From Octopus sinensis (taxonomy: Eukaryota), in NCBI RefSeq assembly GCF_006345805.1, contig NC_043012.1, positions 18,786,001 through 18,850,000 on the forward strand: a DNA stretch of 64,000 nucleotides, given 5' to 3'. Made by a program: the position numbers and the translations under genes. The notes below the pieces were generated by a model. It saw nothing but the letters and a program-made list of their open reading frames with translations. It was not told where the DNA came from and did no database searches. Positions 1 through 14,610 of this stretch are shown piece after piece (position 1 is the stretch's first letter; every line of letters begins with the position of its first letter).

Positions 1-1336
1 ATTTATATCTTCTGGTGGACGATTTGAAACGTTTGTTTATGGAAGTCTTAAATCATAATTCTAACACTTGATCACAATTTTCTGTGAACAACAAATTCGA
101 CTAAATCACTTACAGGCAACACAATATCACTTCATTATATTTGATCTTTTGACACATTAACTGAACATTAAAACAAAAGTTTGTTAGTTGATTTGACATA
201 GACATAGAGAAGAAGGCACAGATAAGAGCATGCAAACGCAAACACAGGCACAGATTTATAAAGTGGCACACAAACATACATGTATTGTATGCATGTTGGA
301 ATTTCTCCCTGTATATATCTAACTATATAGATATTACATACATATAAGAGGGATGACTTGTTATATGTATGTAATACTATTTTTCTGAATCTTCAGTCTT
401 TTCTATATGCTAGACCATTGGTTTAAATTATTATTAACCAAATGAATATTCAAATTTTTACCCTTATTATTTTAAATATCTATAGAGATAGATAGATTCA
501 TATATGCCTTCACATTTATGCATACATATCTGTAGCGAGATTTGTCATCTCCATAGTCATCCGTTTGTACTAGTCTAGTATTATTCATTTTATAATGATT
601 TAGCTTTAGACACCTGCTGTTCTGACAACACTATCTCGTATTAATATACCAGCTTTTAGCATCCAAACAACGCATTTACCGTTATTCCACTTTTATTCCA
701 CAAAGCAAATTTTAACTTGCTTTATAATTACCAAAGAAGTATCAACGTGTAGGAGTTAGCTTAATATGACCAGCTGCAGCTTAGAAGCTAGATCTTGCAA
801 ACTGCACCAATGAATAGGAGTATGGATATGGCATTTAGATATTTTGCGCTTTCACATTAAAATGCATCAATACAAACCAAGCAGAATTATTTACAATTCC
901 AATGTCTAATGATGCCCGATCGAATATCAAACGTTAACAATGACATTAGTGCATTACATAATAGGATTAGAATTTCTCTCTGAAACAAATATGCACTTAT
1001 TACAACAAAATACATTTATTGGTAAAACGACACCAACCACATCACCAGACCTTCTGTAGCCTAATACACTATACATGTCATTCGCGTTTACATGTGCGTA
1101 TAAATCTTTGCACCAATATAATACTTATAAACCGCCATATTGTTCATGCGCTAATGTATATACTATTTCTCTCCTACTGTAGACGAACATTAATATTCTA
1201 TGACTTAAAATTTTGCACAATGTAGATGAGGTTATATACGTGTGTTTTAATCTATGTACCTCAATATATATTAATCTATCAATATATACATCCTTATACT
1301 ACCTGCTTGACATATCTTTCAGTCTCTCTTTCTCTG

Positions 1337-1397
<61 letters not shown>

Positions 1398-2083
1398 ATG
1401 TATCATATGCATGCACACACATAGATAAAGCAAATCCGATGTCTTCCCATACGCTTAGGTAAATTTAATTGTGAATGCGTCCATAAACGCAATCGTAAAA
1501 TAATATCATATTCTCTTCTGATTGTTTTGAAAGCAAAATCCAATCTTTCTAAATTAGGTATGATATCAGATAAAAGAAAATGGGGAATAACGATTTAATG
1601 AAATAAAAAAGAAATATATGAAATAAATATAACAACAACACATTTCAATTAGACAACAAAATTAGAATACAAGCTTTGATTTCGCATGACTACCATTTCC
1701 TATATAACGTCAGCAAACGCAACAGCATCATTGTCAGGAACTGCACTGACTATAACCATAACAACAGCAGCAACAGTCAAGAACACAACAACTGCAATAA
1801 GAGGAGTGTTAGCAAGAATACCGTGAAACTTTATACTGAGACAATAGAATACATGCTAAAGAACAAAGGGAAATTGAAATGGAATATCGACTTCTCCAGG
1901 CTATTTTTCAAATTGAATCAAAACCTGAAAGATTCACAGCGCGATGGAGCGATGGAATCTAGTTTATTCCGCCCTCGTCTTCAATAGTTCCTCAAGAATT
2001 TGCAATATTTTTTTTCAAAATTCTTAGTTTAAATATCTTGATCTTTTCAATTAAGGTGCATGGTATAAGAATATTGGTATTAT

Positions 2084-2345
<262 letters not shown>

Positions 2346-3279
2346 TGGTGGTGGTTCTTATTCATGCCTGTCTTTGTATTGTTCCCATCATCCATCGCCA
2401 TGGTGGCAAATAAAAGAAACAATTATCTTTACTATCATTATTTTTATTATCTTCATCGTTATTATTGATATTATTATTAATATTATCATTATTATTATTT
2501 CTTCCTATTAATGTTGATATTATTATGTTTGGTTCTTTTTATTATCATTTATTTGCTGAGAACAGTCACGTTTCATGGAGAACCGCTTAGAAGATATTTC
2601 CTTGTAGGATTACTTGGAACTTTTTCTTAAACATTTTACTAACAACGGGTGTTGGAATTTTTAAACACATCCACTTTTATCTAAAACGTAAGCAAAGGCT
2701 CTTATAAATGTAAAAAAAAAAATATGCATACATTTTAAGAATGTGGTGCCGGAAGAAGTGTCTTTAAACGCAGCAGCGAATATATATCCTATGCGTTTGA
2801 AACACCAACAACAGATTGAAAAATTTAGAAAAACTCATGTAGTATGATATGAAATAGATACACTGAAGACTTCAAATTTGACGAGCATATCAGAATAATG
2901 CAAATTTGGATGTGAAGAGGTAAGAAATCCAGCACCAGTCAAATTACAATGAAATCAATTGTTAGCTTGGCATGTTAAATCAAAATGTCGTTATTCGTCA
3001 AGAAGAGTTAAATATAAATTAGCAGAAGGGGTACGTCAAATTGAGAGGGCTCATTTACCAGATATTGAACAGAAAATTGCTGAGGGGCATGTGCATATGG
3101 CTCTCCTAGAAAGGAAAATGTTGGCCAGTTATGAATGGTCTCAAAAGAAGAGTTGTAGGAAACCCTAAATGCTGTGCGATAGGATGTATGCACCACCGAT
3201 TGTGGCAACTGCATATGTCTGTTCTTTATAATTGACAAACTTATGACGTGTGTTATTCAGAACGTGTGTGTCATATTCT

Positions 3280-3580
3280 TTGATTCTTTTACTTGTTCCA
3301 GTCATTTGACGATTACAGGGTTTTAGTTGAAGTAATCGACACCAGAACTTATTCTTTCTAAGCTTAGTACTTATCCTGCTATTGGTTTTTAACGAACCAC
3401 TAAGTCACGGGTACATAAACACACTAGCATCATGTGCGATTGTAGAGGGACAACCACAGATAAAACGATACACATTCACACACACGACCGGCTTCATTCA
3501 GTTCCCATTTACAAATTACACTCACAAGGCTCTGGCGTATCCGAGGCAATAGCAGAAAATATTTGCTCAAGGTACCTCAA
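3280..3580 (-). mobile_element. Degenerate SINE, same family as 49718-50123
   Basis: Shares motifs with the 49.7 kb copy (cagtcatttgac, cttattctttctaagc..agtacttat, cactcacaaggct..gg, cgaggc.atag.agaa). Confidence 0.7.
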
Positions 3581-3777
3581 CTTTAAAATTAGGCTTTGTT
3601 TAGTGAGAACGATGGAATTACTTTTTTCTTTCTTTTTTCTATTTTTGAAGTTTAAGAATATGTGTGAAACATAGTCTTTATTATATTATTCATCTACTTT
3701 GTTCAGTCATGTAACTGCAGCGATGCTGGAGCCTGAAAGAGTTATAGTCGGAAACATTGACAACAGGATTAATTCTT

Positions 3778-4945
3778 TGTAAGTCTAGAACATAGGTAAC
3801 AACTCATAGGTTTCGGGCACCTTCCGGAGTGTTCGAGCGGTTCCAAGCAGTGCTGTTTTCTGCAAGTGCTGCACCCTTATTGCAGCCCATATTTTTCCAC
3901 GTACTTCTCGAGATTTTGCTTACTGTTTCCAGAACTCCGACAATTATTGGTACTACTGCTAAGTTTTTCATCGACCACAACTGCATAACTTCCCAAGCTA
4001 ACCTGTCATATCTCTCCACTTTTTTTCTTCCCTATTGCATATCTTGCTATATTTATGATCCATCATAGTTAGCTTTCTTTCTCAATTAAGACTATGCCTG
4101 GCTTCCTATTCTCGATCTCATGGTCGCACTGAATTCTAAATCCCATAGAATCTTTGCATTTCTTTTTTCGACGATGCCTTCATGTTTGTGGTCGTACCAA
4201 GTTTTTGCTCTGCCAAGTCCATAGTTGTTGCAAAGTGTCCAATGGACAAGTCAGACTATAGTGTCGTGGCGTCTCTTATATTCCTTCTGGGCTAATGGCG
4301 TACTTTGCCTGGTAATATGTCATACAATTTCACCGTTTTGTCCGCAGATTCTACAATTATCCCCTTTTGATGATTTGTCTGTTCTGTATTTTATGTAGTT
4401 TGTTCTTAGTGTTGGCTCTTAAGCAGCACAGATTAGAGCCTCCATTTCCGGTTTTAAAATCACTTTTATCTTCAATATCCCTATGAAATTTACCATGCAT
4501 TGTTTTCATCACCTACCTATTTTCAGTTTCATTCGTTCTCAATTTCTTGTATAATGCTTTAACTTTACAAGCTTTCATTCAACACGAATCTGACCTTCCT
4601 AGTTCTAATAATAGCGGTTCTGTGGCATTTTTTTTACATACCATGCTACGTTGATTTCTTCTGCTCTAATGCTGTGTTCACATCCAATAAGTCCTCTTCC
4701 CCTTCTTTTTCATGGTACATACAGCCTGTTTGTGTCACTTTTTGGGTGGAGTGACCCATATCTAGTTAGCAACTTCCTTGTCTTTCTGTCTAAGCTGTTT
4801 ATTCCGTATACTGTCCATGCGATTACTCCTACTCCATATCTAAGGAGTGAAACCGCCCTGGTGTTGATAGCTTCGATCTTATTCCATCCGTTTAATTTCG
4901 ACTGAAGGATCAGTCTGAGTCTACACAAGTAGTCCATCTTAAATT
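3778..4945 (-). mobile_element. 3' part of an R4/Dong-type (RLE-encoding) non-LTR retrotransposon, decayed
   Basis: Minus-strand translation gives RT-thumb LRLILQSKLNGWNKIEAIN..LDRKTRKLLT..LHPKSDTNRLY, a knuckle-like CRICGQNGE..H, then QKEYKRRHD, KILWD, and C-terminal RYDRLAWEVMQLW..VVPIIVGVLETVSK. Several stops and frameshifts. The truncated 5' end abuts an (ATT)n tract at ~4960. Confidence 0.9.
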
Positions 4946-4959
4946 TTGAATATAATTTT

Positions 4960-4980
4960 TTATTATTATTGTTGTTATTA

Positions 4981-5013
<33 letters not shown>

Positions 5014-5051
5014 TATTATTATTATATTATTATTATTATTATTATTATTAT

Positions 5052-5110
<59 letters not shown>

Positions 5111-5120
5111 ATAGTCTCTG
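4960..5120. repeat. (ATT)n(AGT)n compound microsatellite
   Basis: Direct reading. Confidence 0.97.
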
Positions 5121-8100
5121 ATGAAGTAGTAGCAGTAGTAGAAGCAGCAACATCATAATGTACTGGCTAATGTTGCTAGTAATTACGCCTCGCCACGAAT
5201 GATTGTATAATCGGTCGCGTTCGGAGAATTATGGCGGTATCCAATTAGAAAGAAATAATTAATGTTATACAAATTATGTTATAGCTAAAGCGAACATATA
5301 TCGCTAATAATGTCCATTTCGGAAAGATATATCTTGTAGATGATATATGTTGTATTCCTATTGGCGAGATTTGGTAATATCAAATATCCAAATGTTATTG
5401 TTAATTTAGTTATAATGTCGCACGAGACAGTTTATTTAAGTGTATATTGTGTGATTACAATTTGACAGGCAGTCAATCAATAGATCGGTAGAGGTGAAAC
5501 TGTCACAACATACCATTTTGCTTCGTGGTTTCGTCAAACTATAAGAAACAAGGATCACATGTTGGAGACTTTGCCAGCACATCATCAAATATATAAATTA
5601 TAAGTTAATACGTGGATTGATGAATCTCAAATCAAAGAAAATATCTTCATGTTCGCAATTCCACTGTTTCAGTTTCCATCCGATCGCAATAAAACCCATG
5701 TTCATCGACCGGTTGGGTCGTTGCATTTACTTTTGTACATAATTGTTGAATAATGAAAACGTCTTCAATTCCTCAATGTTTTATTCGATGTCGTCAATTC
5801 CTCAGTCTTTTAATGAATGTTTGATTTGATGCATCTCACAGTAAGAGCATTTCATACTCGTTATGTAGTTTGAATCCCCTAGGTACCTCATGAACAATAC
5901 TATTTCATCTCACTCTATAGATAAAAAAGAATGAATATTAGAGTTCACACTGATACAACTTGAGGTGTGGAGTACTGCAATGATTTTAACCTTATCTGCA
6001 CTTTACAACATAAACACATGCACAGACTCCATATATATATATATACATATATATATATATGCACATATATACATAATACATACTCACACAACATTTATAT
6101 GCATGTGTGTGTGTGTTATTTTCAATCGAAAGTGTGTGCCTTCGTGTGACAGAACGCATTGGATTCTATTTGTTCAATAGTAATAATATTCATGAGGACG
6201 TTCAAAGAAGTTCACGCAGTAATACTCAACAAAAATACATAAGCCATTTAATAATATCTCTTTAATTTTTGACTTCAAATTTAACGGATGTTAAGTTTGG
6301 ATTTCATTGTTCTGGAATGAGGGAATCAGGATGCTTTTATAGGGAAGAGATTGATTGAATCGGCGCTAGTTTCTCTGTATTTTATATTTATGAGATAATG
6401 TGAAATCATATATTTGTTTGTATGTAAGAGACGCAATGACTTGAGAAGCAGTCATTGACCGTATACTGCAATCAGTTTACGCGATCTATTACATCTGGTT
6501 TCCATATACATTACTAATGAAACTGATGTTATTCTCAAAAATGCAAGCTGTAAGTACAAACTATCAGGAGACATTTCCGCAAAATCACACTAATTTTACA
6601 ACACATAAGTGACACTTGAACGATAATACTTTAATTCATGCTAATGGTAATAATATAATTAATTAAATGTTATTACACTCATAATTATAAGAATATTTCT
6701 TTAATTTCATGGTAAGGAATGCGATCATCGTTAATTAATTATCAATAGCATATACAGCCATCACCAAAGTAATAATTAAAGTCAAAATATTAATAAGAAT
6801 GGAATAATAGAAATAATAAAATAATAATAATATGAATATGTTATCATTCATAAATAAAATAATAGAGTTCTAAAATTGGCTAAAAGTCCCCATTGGGCAT
6901 GAATTTATGAAAACAATGTAATTTGTTTTTTATGTTAATAAGGGGAAGGCGAAATAGCTAAAAGAATAAAGCAGTAGATACGTTTAAAATATCAATTGCT
7001 GTGCTTAGATATCAATTGTAATCTCTGAGAAAATCTATCGAGATATACCGTTATGTTCATGATCGAAAAGCATACTTGCCCAGACCCAGTTTACTCCCTA
7101 CTCTCTTCATTTGGAAAATACTGAGAAGACAAAGAAAAGGAAAAGGAAGAAGGTAGAAAAAACGAAGGCCAGCTTAGTGGTAATAAGTTGTGACCTTTTC
7201 GTAAACATTGATATAGCTGATCCATATTTCCCAGAATATTAGTCAAGATAGAACTCTTCCTCCCCACAATGTAATACATAGTATAAAGATGAGATTGAAC
7301 GTAATGACTATCCTTCCAACTTCATCAACCTCCACATATGACAACTTTGTGAAAACACGAAATGATGTTATTTTGTTATTTGCAGCCCATGTACAGATTA
7401 TGAAATGCTTCTTGAAGTAGCATTTTAATGTCACTAATGATGCTCTACTTTAAAATGACCCAAGCTATGAAAACGTGACTGAAATGGGATTACTCCTAGG
7501 ATAGCCTGCAGGTAACATTCAACGCCCCTGTCCTGTCTTTGGTTAACCTGATCAAAATTGACGAGCACAGAGATTGATTTATTATCGTACACCTCGTCAT
7601 AAACGCCGAAATAAAAATAACAAATGGTGGCATTCATATTTCATATTGCCATATCGTTATTTAGCAGCTTCACCAGCACCTGGGACACAAACGTAAATGT
7701 TCCCTGTTTATTGCTAAATAGTTTTAAAAATTAGAGAGTAGATATCAATGTGACAGACTAGAGCGATTTACTCTAGGTATTGTTTCTTTGCAAAGCTGAA
7801 GCTTGAAGAAAATTCACTCAGAGAATCGGACAACAGAATGACTTCAAACTTTAATGCATTTTCAGATATTACTGGCCACGGTGAAGGCTTAAAGGCAAGC
7901 TTACATTAAAACTGGCATATACAAAGCAGAATTCAAATCAGATGTTTCTATAGACGAAATAGGCAGCGTGCATATTACAACATGTCTTTCTAACAAGAAT
8001 AAAGTTGCTTTTTCAAAAGAAGTGTGTTTCCGTTGTAAACTGTTTATTTAGTTTGACTCAGAAACAACATGGACATAAATAGAAACTCTGGTTATGAGTG

Positions 8101-8547
8101 AACATATTTATTGCAAAGATTAATTTTTTTTTTACAAAAGGTACGAGTAATTATCCCTTGAGGGCAAAATTATATTTCAGTCATTTTCATTTTTCTTATT
8201 CATTTGTAAAGTGTCAGTAGGTTAATTAATCTGTAATCAATACAGTTTTTTTTTACCCTGAATAATGCTTAAACTTTTAATTCAATTCGTGATTGTTCTA
8301 ACGTTACTTGATTTTTAAATGCCTTCAGCCCACGCTGTTCACATTGTTCTTTCAATCATATTCTAAGAAGAGAACAAAACCTGCTAGGCAATGGTTTCCC
8401 ACTGGGAAATGGAGGCATCATGAATTCTTGCTGAATGGCTTTTGTCGGATTCAAGATGTTGCTACAATTATGTTACAGCATACACCTTGATGAGGTCATA
8501 AAACAGCGTGACAGGGTTAGTTTTCGTTCCATGTATTTAACACTGAC

Positions 8548-8663
<116 letters not shown>

Positions 8664-8664
8664 C

Positions 8665-9441
8665 AGCAATTCCTGTCTTACAAAGTGCGACCATACCTGG
8701 CCACCGTTAAGAAATAACTGGAAATATCGCATCCTCAGTGCTACCCGGCCCCCATCAGAGCGTATACAGCGACTACTCTGAAGGCACCACCCTTGCCGTT
8801 GCTCATTTCCAGGACGACTAGGTTCACCTCCGATTCTAGAAAGACCGTCCGAACATAGGAGTCTAGGCCATTCATATACACCCTGCCACCCTGTCCTCCC
8901 ATTTGAGGCCGAGTACAAAAAGCGTGGATAAAAAAATTGTCGAAAATGGGGGATAGCTCGCTAGTGTCGGAAGTCGTTTTCTCACTGGCTGCTCTTGCAT
9001 ACAGCCCCAACGACTTGAGGTCACCGAGTATGTGGCCTTGTTCCAGGGTTATCTCAGGCGAAAATATTTATACAACTCACTCTGATAACTGCCATGTTGA
9101 GAGAAAGAAAAACAACAGGGTTAATTGACCCCCCCACCTCGATACTGTTGGCGGCCCAGTGACTTGGGCTCCGGATCTGGTGGTTGTTTCTCTGGGAAAC
9201 CCTGCAAAATTCTCTTAGTGATCATATCATTAGTGTTTCCCACGTCGTTGGCGATAGCCTCCCTCATGTCTCTGTACGTCTTCAATTGAATCCGTACCAG
9301 CATCAAACATTCAAGAACGTTAAGGGTGCTGGTGTCGTATATTGCACCTGCTTCCCAATTTCCTTTTCTACAGCTATGACGGCTATCAAACATTTGTTAG
9401 ATCTCCTCACTATAGGAAATTAGAAGTTTCTGTGTTTAACT

Positions 9442-9491
<50 letters not shown>

Positions 9492-10085
9492 TTGTTTGTT
9501 GGTCGAGGTGGCATTCTCATAATGTTCGTGTGGCTGGTGGGGATGGTGTTGTCCTAGACAAGTATCTTTCTAGTTGTGGTGTAGGGCTAGATATTTTTCT
9601 TTATGCTTGTGTTATGTTTTAGATGTTCCTCCTCATCTTCGCTACGGGGTGTGGAGTAATCAGTGTCTGTGAAAATCTGTTTCGGGGCGTGTGAGTATGT
9701 TTGTAATTGAGTGAGCACCGTTGTGTGAGTATGTCCTTAAGAGAGGGGAGACATATTGCTGGTTTGGGAAACTCCCTAGTTGGTCTCTCCATTGTCTTTG
9801 GGTTTCAACTGAAGATGAGGCTGAATGTGTCGCATATTGTTTCAGTTGTTGCGGGTTTTGTTCGAGTGGTGGGAACGACCTCGTGCCTCCTGTTTTTTTC
9901 AGGAAGAAGGAGCTGAGGTGACTTGTAACCCCGCAAATTTTGCACTTAGACTTTCAGCCATCTACTATAAAATGCAAGTGGACCCCATTAGGCAGCTGTG
10001 TAAGGAACGAAAGCTTTTCAATATTTTCCGGCTTTATAAGAAGCAGGATTCTTATGGTTGTCTAGGACCAGTTTTCCCTGCTAGC
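8665..10085 (-). mobile_element. L1/Tx1-clade LINE remnant: end of ORF1 (zinc knuckle) plus start of ORF2 (APE endonuclease)
   Basis: Minus strand: KSKCKICGVTSHLSSF (CX2CX4H knuckle, ~9905-9950). ORF2 starts MAVIRVSCIN at 9095, followed by GHILGDLKSLG and RTVFLESEVNLVVLEMSNGKGGAFRVVAVYA, typical of L1/Tx1 APE domains. Interrupted by (TG)n at 9447-9488. Confidence 0.8.
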
Positions 10086-10145
10086 CTAACCTATCGCTCT
10101 GTTCCCCTTTCTATTCTCTCTCTCTCTCTCTCTCACTATATATAT

Positions 10146-10188
<43 letters not shown>

Positions 10189-10400
10189 CACATACATACA
10201 TATATGTATATATACACATAATGTGTATAAGAGTATGTCAGTCGACGTAAGAAATGCGTTCAACATTTAATTATAAATGTTGAACAATGAAATCCAACCG
10301 ATTCCATCGCTCCAATGTTTACATCATCATTATTGGAATTTTGGTGTTTTGGATCTGTACGCTGTTGTTAATGAAACGTATTCTTAGTAGTACATCATCA

Positions 10401-10540
10401 CTGGGGCTTCTAGCTCGCCGAATCGTTTCTGCGCCGGACAAAAGGCTCAGCTGCATTTCGTCTCTCTTCACTCTCCGAGTTTCAAACTCTCCCGAAGTCG
10501 GATTTGCTTTTCGTCCTTCCGGGGGTCGATAAATTAAGTG
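10401..10540 (+). mobile_element. Degenerate SINE, family of 30659-30888
   Basis: catttcgtct..ct.cgagtttcaaact..ccgaagtcggatttgcttttcgtccttccgggggtcgataaattaagt aligns by eye with the 30.7 kb copy. Confidence 0.8.
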
Positions 10541-11867
10541 TTACTTAAACACTGTGCTCATGAAATCGATTACTCGCCACCATAAAATTTCAGGCCTTAT
10601 GTCTTTAGTAGAAATGATTATTATTACATCACCACCTAACTTATCAGGGTAATGTGAAATATGTCGGAATTTCATTCTTTCTACTATATATTTAATTGCA
10701 ATTCAGTGGATATTTTTACAGTGTGTGTGTGTGTGTGTTAAATATAATATTCACATATTCTAAAATGTTAATTGTTTTTATAGGTTTTACTACTGATCCT
10801 CTATAATGTTTTCCCCGTATGTTTCCCTGTATATATATATTATTTATTTTGAGTTAATGTAGCATGTTGTTGATATATTAAAAACAAAAAATATAGGTAA
10901 TTGAATAACGATAGTTACAGAAACTTTCATTTAATTAATTATATTTTATTAGTAGCTCAACGAATGTCTCCATCGCATTCACCCATCCAGAAATTTTATA
11001 CGACATATTATGGACATGTTAAGTGTGACTCTATGGTTACTTCAGATAATATTCTCAATAGAAATACAAAACGGCGGTGCATCATAGTACATGTAGGGAA
11101 ATCATCGATGAAAACAGATCATCGAAAGTTCAAACATACCACCATAAATATGCTACCACGGATTAAATTTATCTCTCAAATATAGACATGTATAGGCGTG
11201 AAAATGAATATAGCCGCAAAATTACGGAAGTCACAATGCATGCGAATAATCTTACAAAATACATATATTAATGTATAAATTAAATTTGAGATATCTTTAA
11301 CTTATTACATATATATAGAGAGAGACATATATATATGTATTATATGTATATTTATATGTATCTATACACACACACATATTTATATATATATATAAATATA
11401 TATACATTGTCATATGCACACGTGTGTACGTGTATACGCTCATGCATGGTTATGTAGTTGAAAATTTATCTTGGAAACATCTGTTGTACATCTTCATATT
11501 AAATATCTCGTTTGAGTTTCAGACCCGATGCAATCTAGTTGTGTGTGTATAAAATTCAAAATTACGAGCACAGCAATGATTGTGTCAATTCTAAACTAAT
11601 GTTCTGTGTTCTCAAGTCACTAAAAATATAATAAATAGAATTTGGGAAATATGGAAACGAAAAAGAACTTTCATTGTTAAATATATATTTTTATACGGAA
11701 ACTCTGCAAACTCCACACTTGAACTATGAATTATTTATTACATATTCATATCTGTTTCATAACATAACATCATAAAATGTGTTATTCTATAAAACGAAAT
11801 TATCATTATATCGCCTTCCTGCGGCAAAGTGTTTTAAGTCAACGAAATAAAACCTTGTTGGTAAGAA

Positions 11868-11903
<36 letters not shown>

Positions 11904-12452
11904 ACACACACACACACACATACATATACATATATATATTTATATTTATATATATATATATATGCGTGTGTGAGTTTGTGTGTGTGTGAAAAAAAAGAAA
12001 CAGTGTACTTAGATATTGCCATGTTCGATAAATACTCTATAAATATGTATTTTGCATCTACAATTCAGACTAGAATTAATAAGTAAATAACAAGATCGTA
12101 TATTCGGATACAGAGGTGTATGTGTAGCTGAATATATTGCGTTGGAAAATCAATCACTTTAAACGAAGTGTGTGTTATGAAAATGTCTACTGAGAAACTT
12201 TCAATAAGGAAAGACAGGAAAGATCTGTATTTATTTTGTACATACCGAAATGCAAATAAAAATGTCTATTTAATCTGTCTGCCTCTCTAACTCTGTGGCT
12301 CTGTCTGTGTATAAAGACAAGTACCAAATCTCAAATTCACACATACTTATTAATATTTCTCTGTACACACATTTACATATGCACACACACAAGCACACGT
12401 ATTGCCCCAGCATGGCCACAGCTCATAGGCTGGAACTGGAATCAATCAATCA

Positions 12453-12525
<73 letters not shown>

Positions 12526-12683
12526 TACACGTATGCACATAATTGATCTTGTCTGAGCCTCTATCTGTATACAAATGTAAACATACAACCAGCCACTCAC
12601 CCATTAACACACACATGTATATATTTGCCAATGTACAGCGAGAGAGTTCGTGTACGTGTGTATGTGCATGGGTGTGTCTGCGC

Positions 12684-12728
<45 letters not shown>

Positions 12729-12796
12729 CTATATATAATATATATATAATATATATATTTATATATGTATATAAATTTACACACACACACACACAC

Positions 12797-12862
<66 letters not shown>

Positions 12863-12866
<4 letters not shown>

Positions 12867-13020
12867 TTTCAAACAAGAAAACACAAAAAACACGAAAACA
12901 ACACGAAAACGCGAGGACGTGGAACAAATATAGTATTATTGGACGCTCACTATTGCTAATACTTTACATTTACCACGTCCTCGTGTTGCTGTGTTTTGGT
13001 GTATTTTTATTCGTTATTTA
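12863..13020. repeat. Inverted pair of short-repeat ends embedded in (TA)n
   Basis: Left aacgcgaggacgtggaacaaatatagtatta versus reverse complement of right aacacgaggacgtggtaaatgtaaagtatta. The left arm matches the repeat ends at 21415 and 57950. Confidence 0.75.
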
Positions 13021-13257
13021 TATATATCTTCTTGGTTCCTTAAAGTTTCTACTCGTATAATGTCGGCATTACTGTGGCACCGGTGTAAAAAATTATGATG
13101 ATGGCATCAACCGCATTACTCGATTCAAGGTTGTGCTCATTCCTTAGATTATATTCGCTGAATCAGGCCCCACAAATACATGTTATCATACATGCATTCA
13201 TACATGCATGCATACGTACATATATAAATGCATATATATATTATATATTATATATAG

Positions 13258-13290
<33 letters not shown>

Positions 13291-13461
13291 CGTGTGTGTG
13301 CGTATGTATGAATTTATTTATATAATACATAGATATATGCACGTTAAACATTTGCTTACATATACGTATACACAAATATATACCTTTACTACTGTATATA
13401 TATATATATGCGTGTGTGTATGAATGCATGTCTTACACACAACCATACAAATATAAACACG

Positions 13462-13496
<35 letters not shown>

Positions 13497-14285
13497 AGAT
13501 TTGTATGCTTATTTACATTTCTCAAATCATGTATAAACGCACAGGTAGCGTGTGTATTAGAAACGAGTATGTACAGACATGAAATAATATAACATTTATC
13601 GTATTGTAATATTGTCTCCTGGAATAAAATGTAAACATATTTGTACGCATCTCTGTGGGCGCCGGTATATTTTTGTGTAAATCTGCTGTTTTTTTAATTT
13701 TGTCTTTCTCGGTATTGAATAAGTGAATGTATGAATATCTAACTCAGGAGATTATATGTACAAGACTATGATGCCGGTTAGATATGTATGAACAAGCTCT
13801 CATGTAGAGTATGTGTGTGTGTGTTTGTTTGCATGTGTGATGGTGTGTGTGTATGCGTGTCGTATGAACGTATACTACTTTGAGTTTTGTATCTCTTATT
13901 TCACAAGTATTTGTGTATTATTACAATTTTTGTATACACATATCATATCCTTATTGCATATTTTGCTTTGCAACGAAAACCATTATTATTTCTACACTAA
14001 GGGAAAGAAATATTAGACATAAATCGTTTTTGAACTGTCGGTGGTCATGATAATAAACTGAAATTTTGGATTGAAACTTTTGAAAGCTGTTGCCTGAGTA
14101 AGTTCTATTTTATTTCTTGAAGTGGTTCCTCCAACGTATACTTACATTCGGAATTTATATGAAATCAACAGCTGTACAAATCGGTGCAACCATTAGTAAT
14201 TCGCATTTCGTTATTGCAATAAGACCTTCTAGAGTAATTTAGATCGGTGCTTAAACCACGTAAGTATATATAATATATATACATA

Positions 14286-14360
<75 letters not shown>

Positions 14361-14376
14361 TATATAATATATTATA

Positions 14377-14407
<31 letters not shown>

Positions 14408-14562
14408 CTAATATATATATATATAATATTATTAGAGACAAAACCACTATTATGCAAATCAAACAAAAAATTATCTAATTAATATTATATTATATTTTAC
14501 TATAATTGGATTCAATCCTGAATCTGATTTTTCCCTGTAAATTGGGATTTATTCCCTAATAT

Positions 14563-14610
<48 letters not shown>

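Noticed and set aside
1946-1960. 15-bp inverted match (gattccatcgctcca) to ~10300
   Set aside because: There is no extension on either side, so it is compatible with chance.
1676-1987. 103-aa ORF rich in N/S/T
   Set aside because: It overlaps degenerate (ACA/GCA)n repeats, has no recognisable domain and starts at a non-ATG codon.
2959-3168. 69-aa ORF and a faint mariner-like stretch nearby
   Set aside because: No diagnostic transposase or RT motif could be aligned convincingly.
10287-10532. 81-aa ORF with an N-terminal hydrophobic, signal-anchor-like segment
   Set aside because: The second half is read-through of a degenerate SINE (10401-10540), and there is no convincing splice donor after the hydrophobic part.
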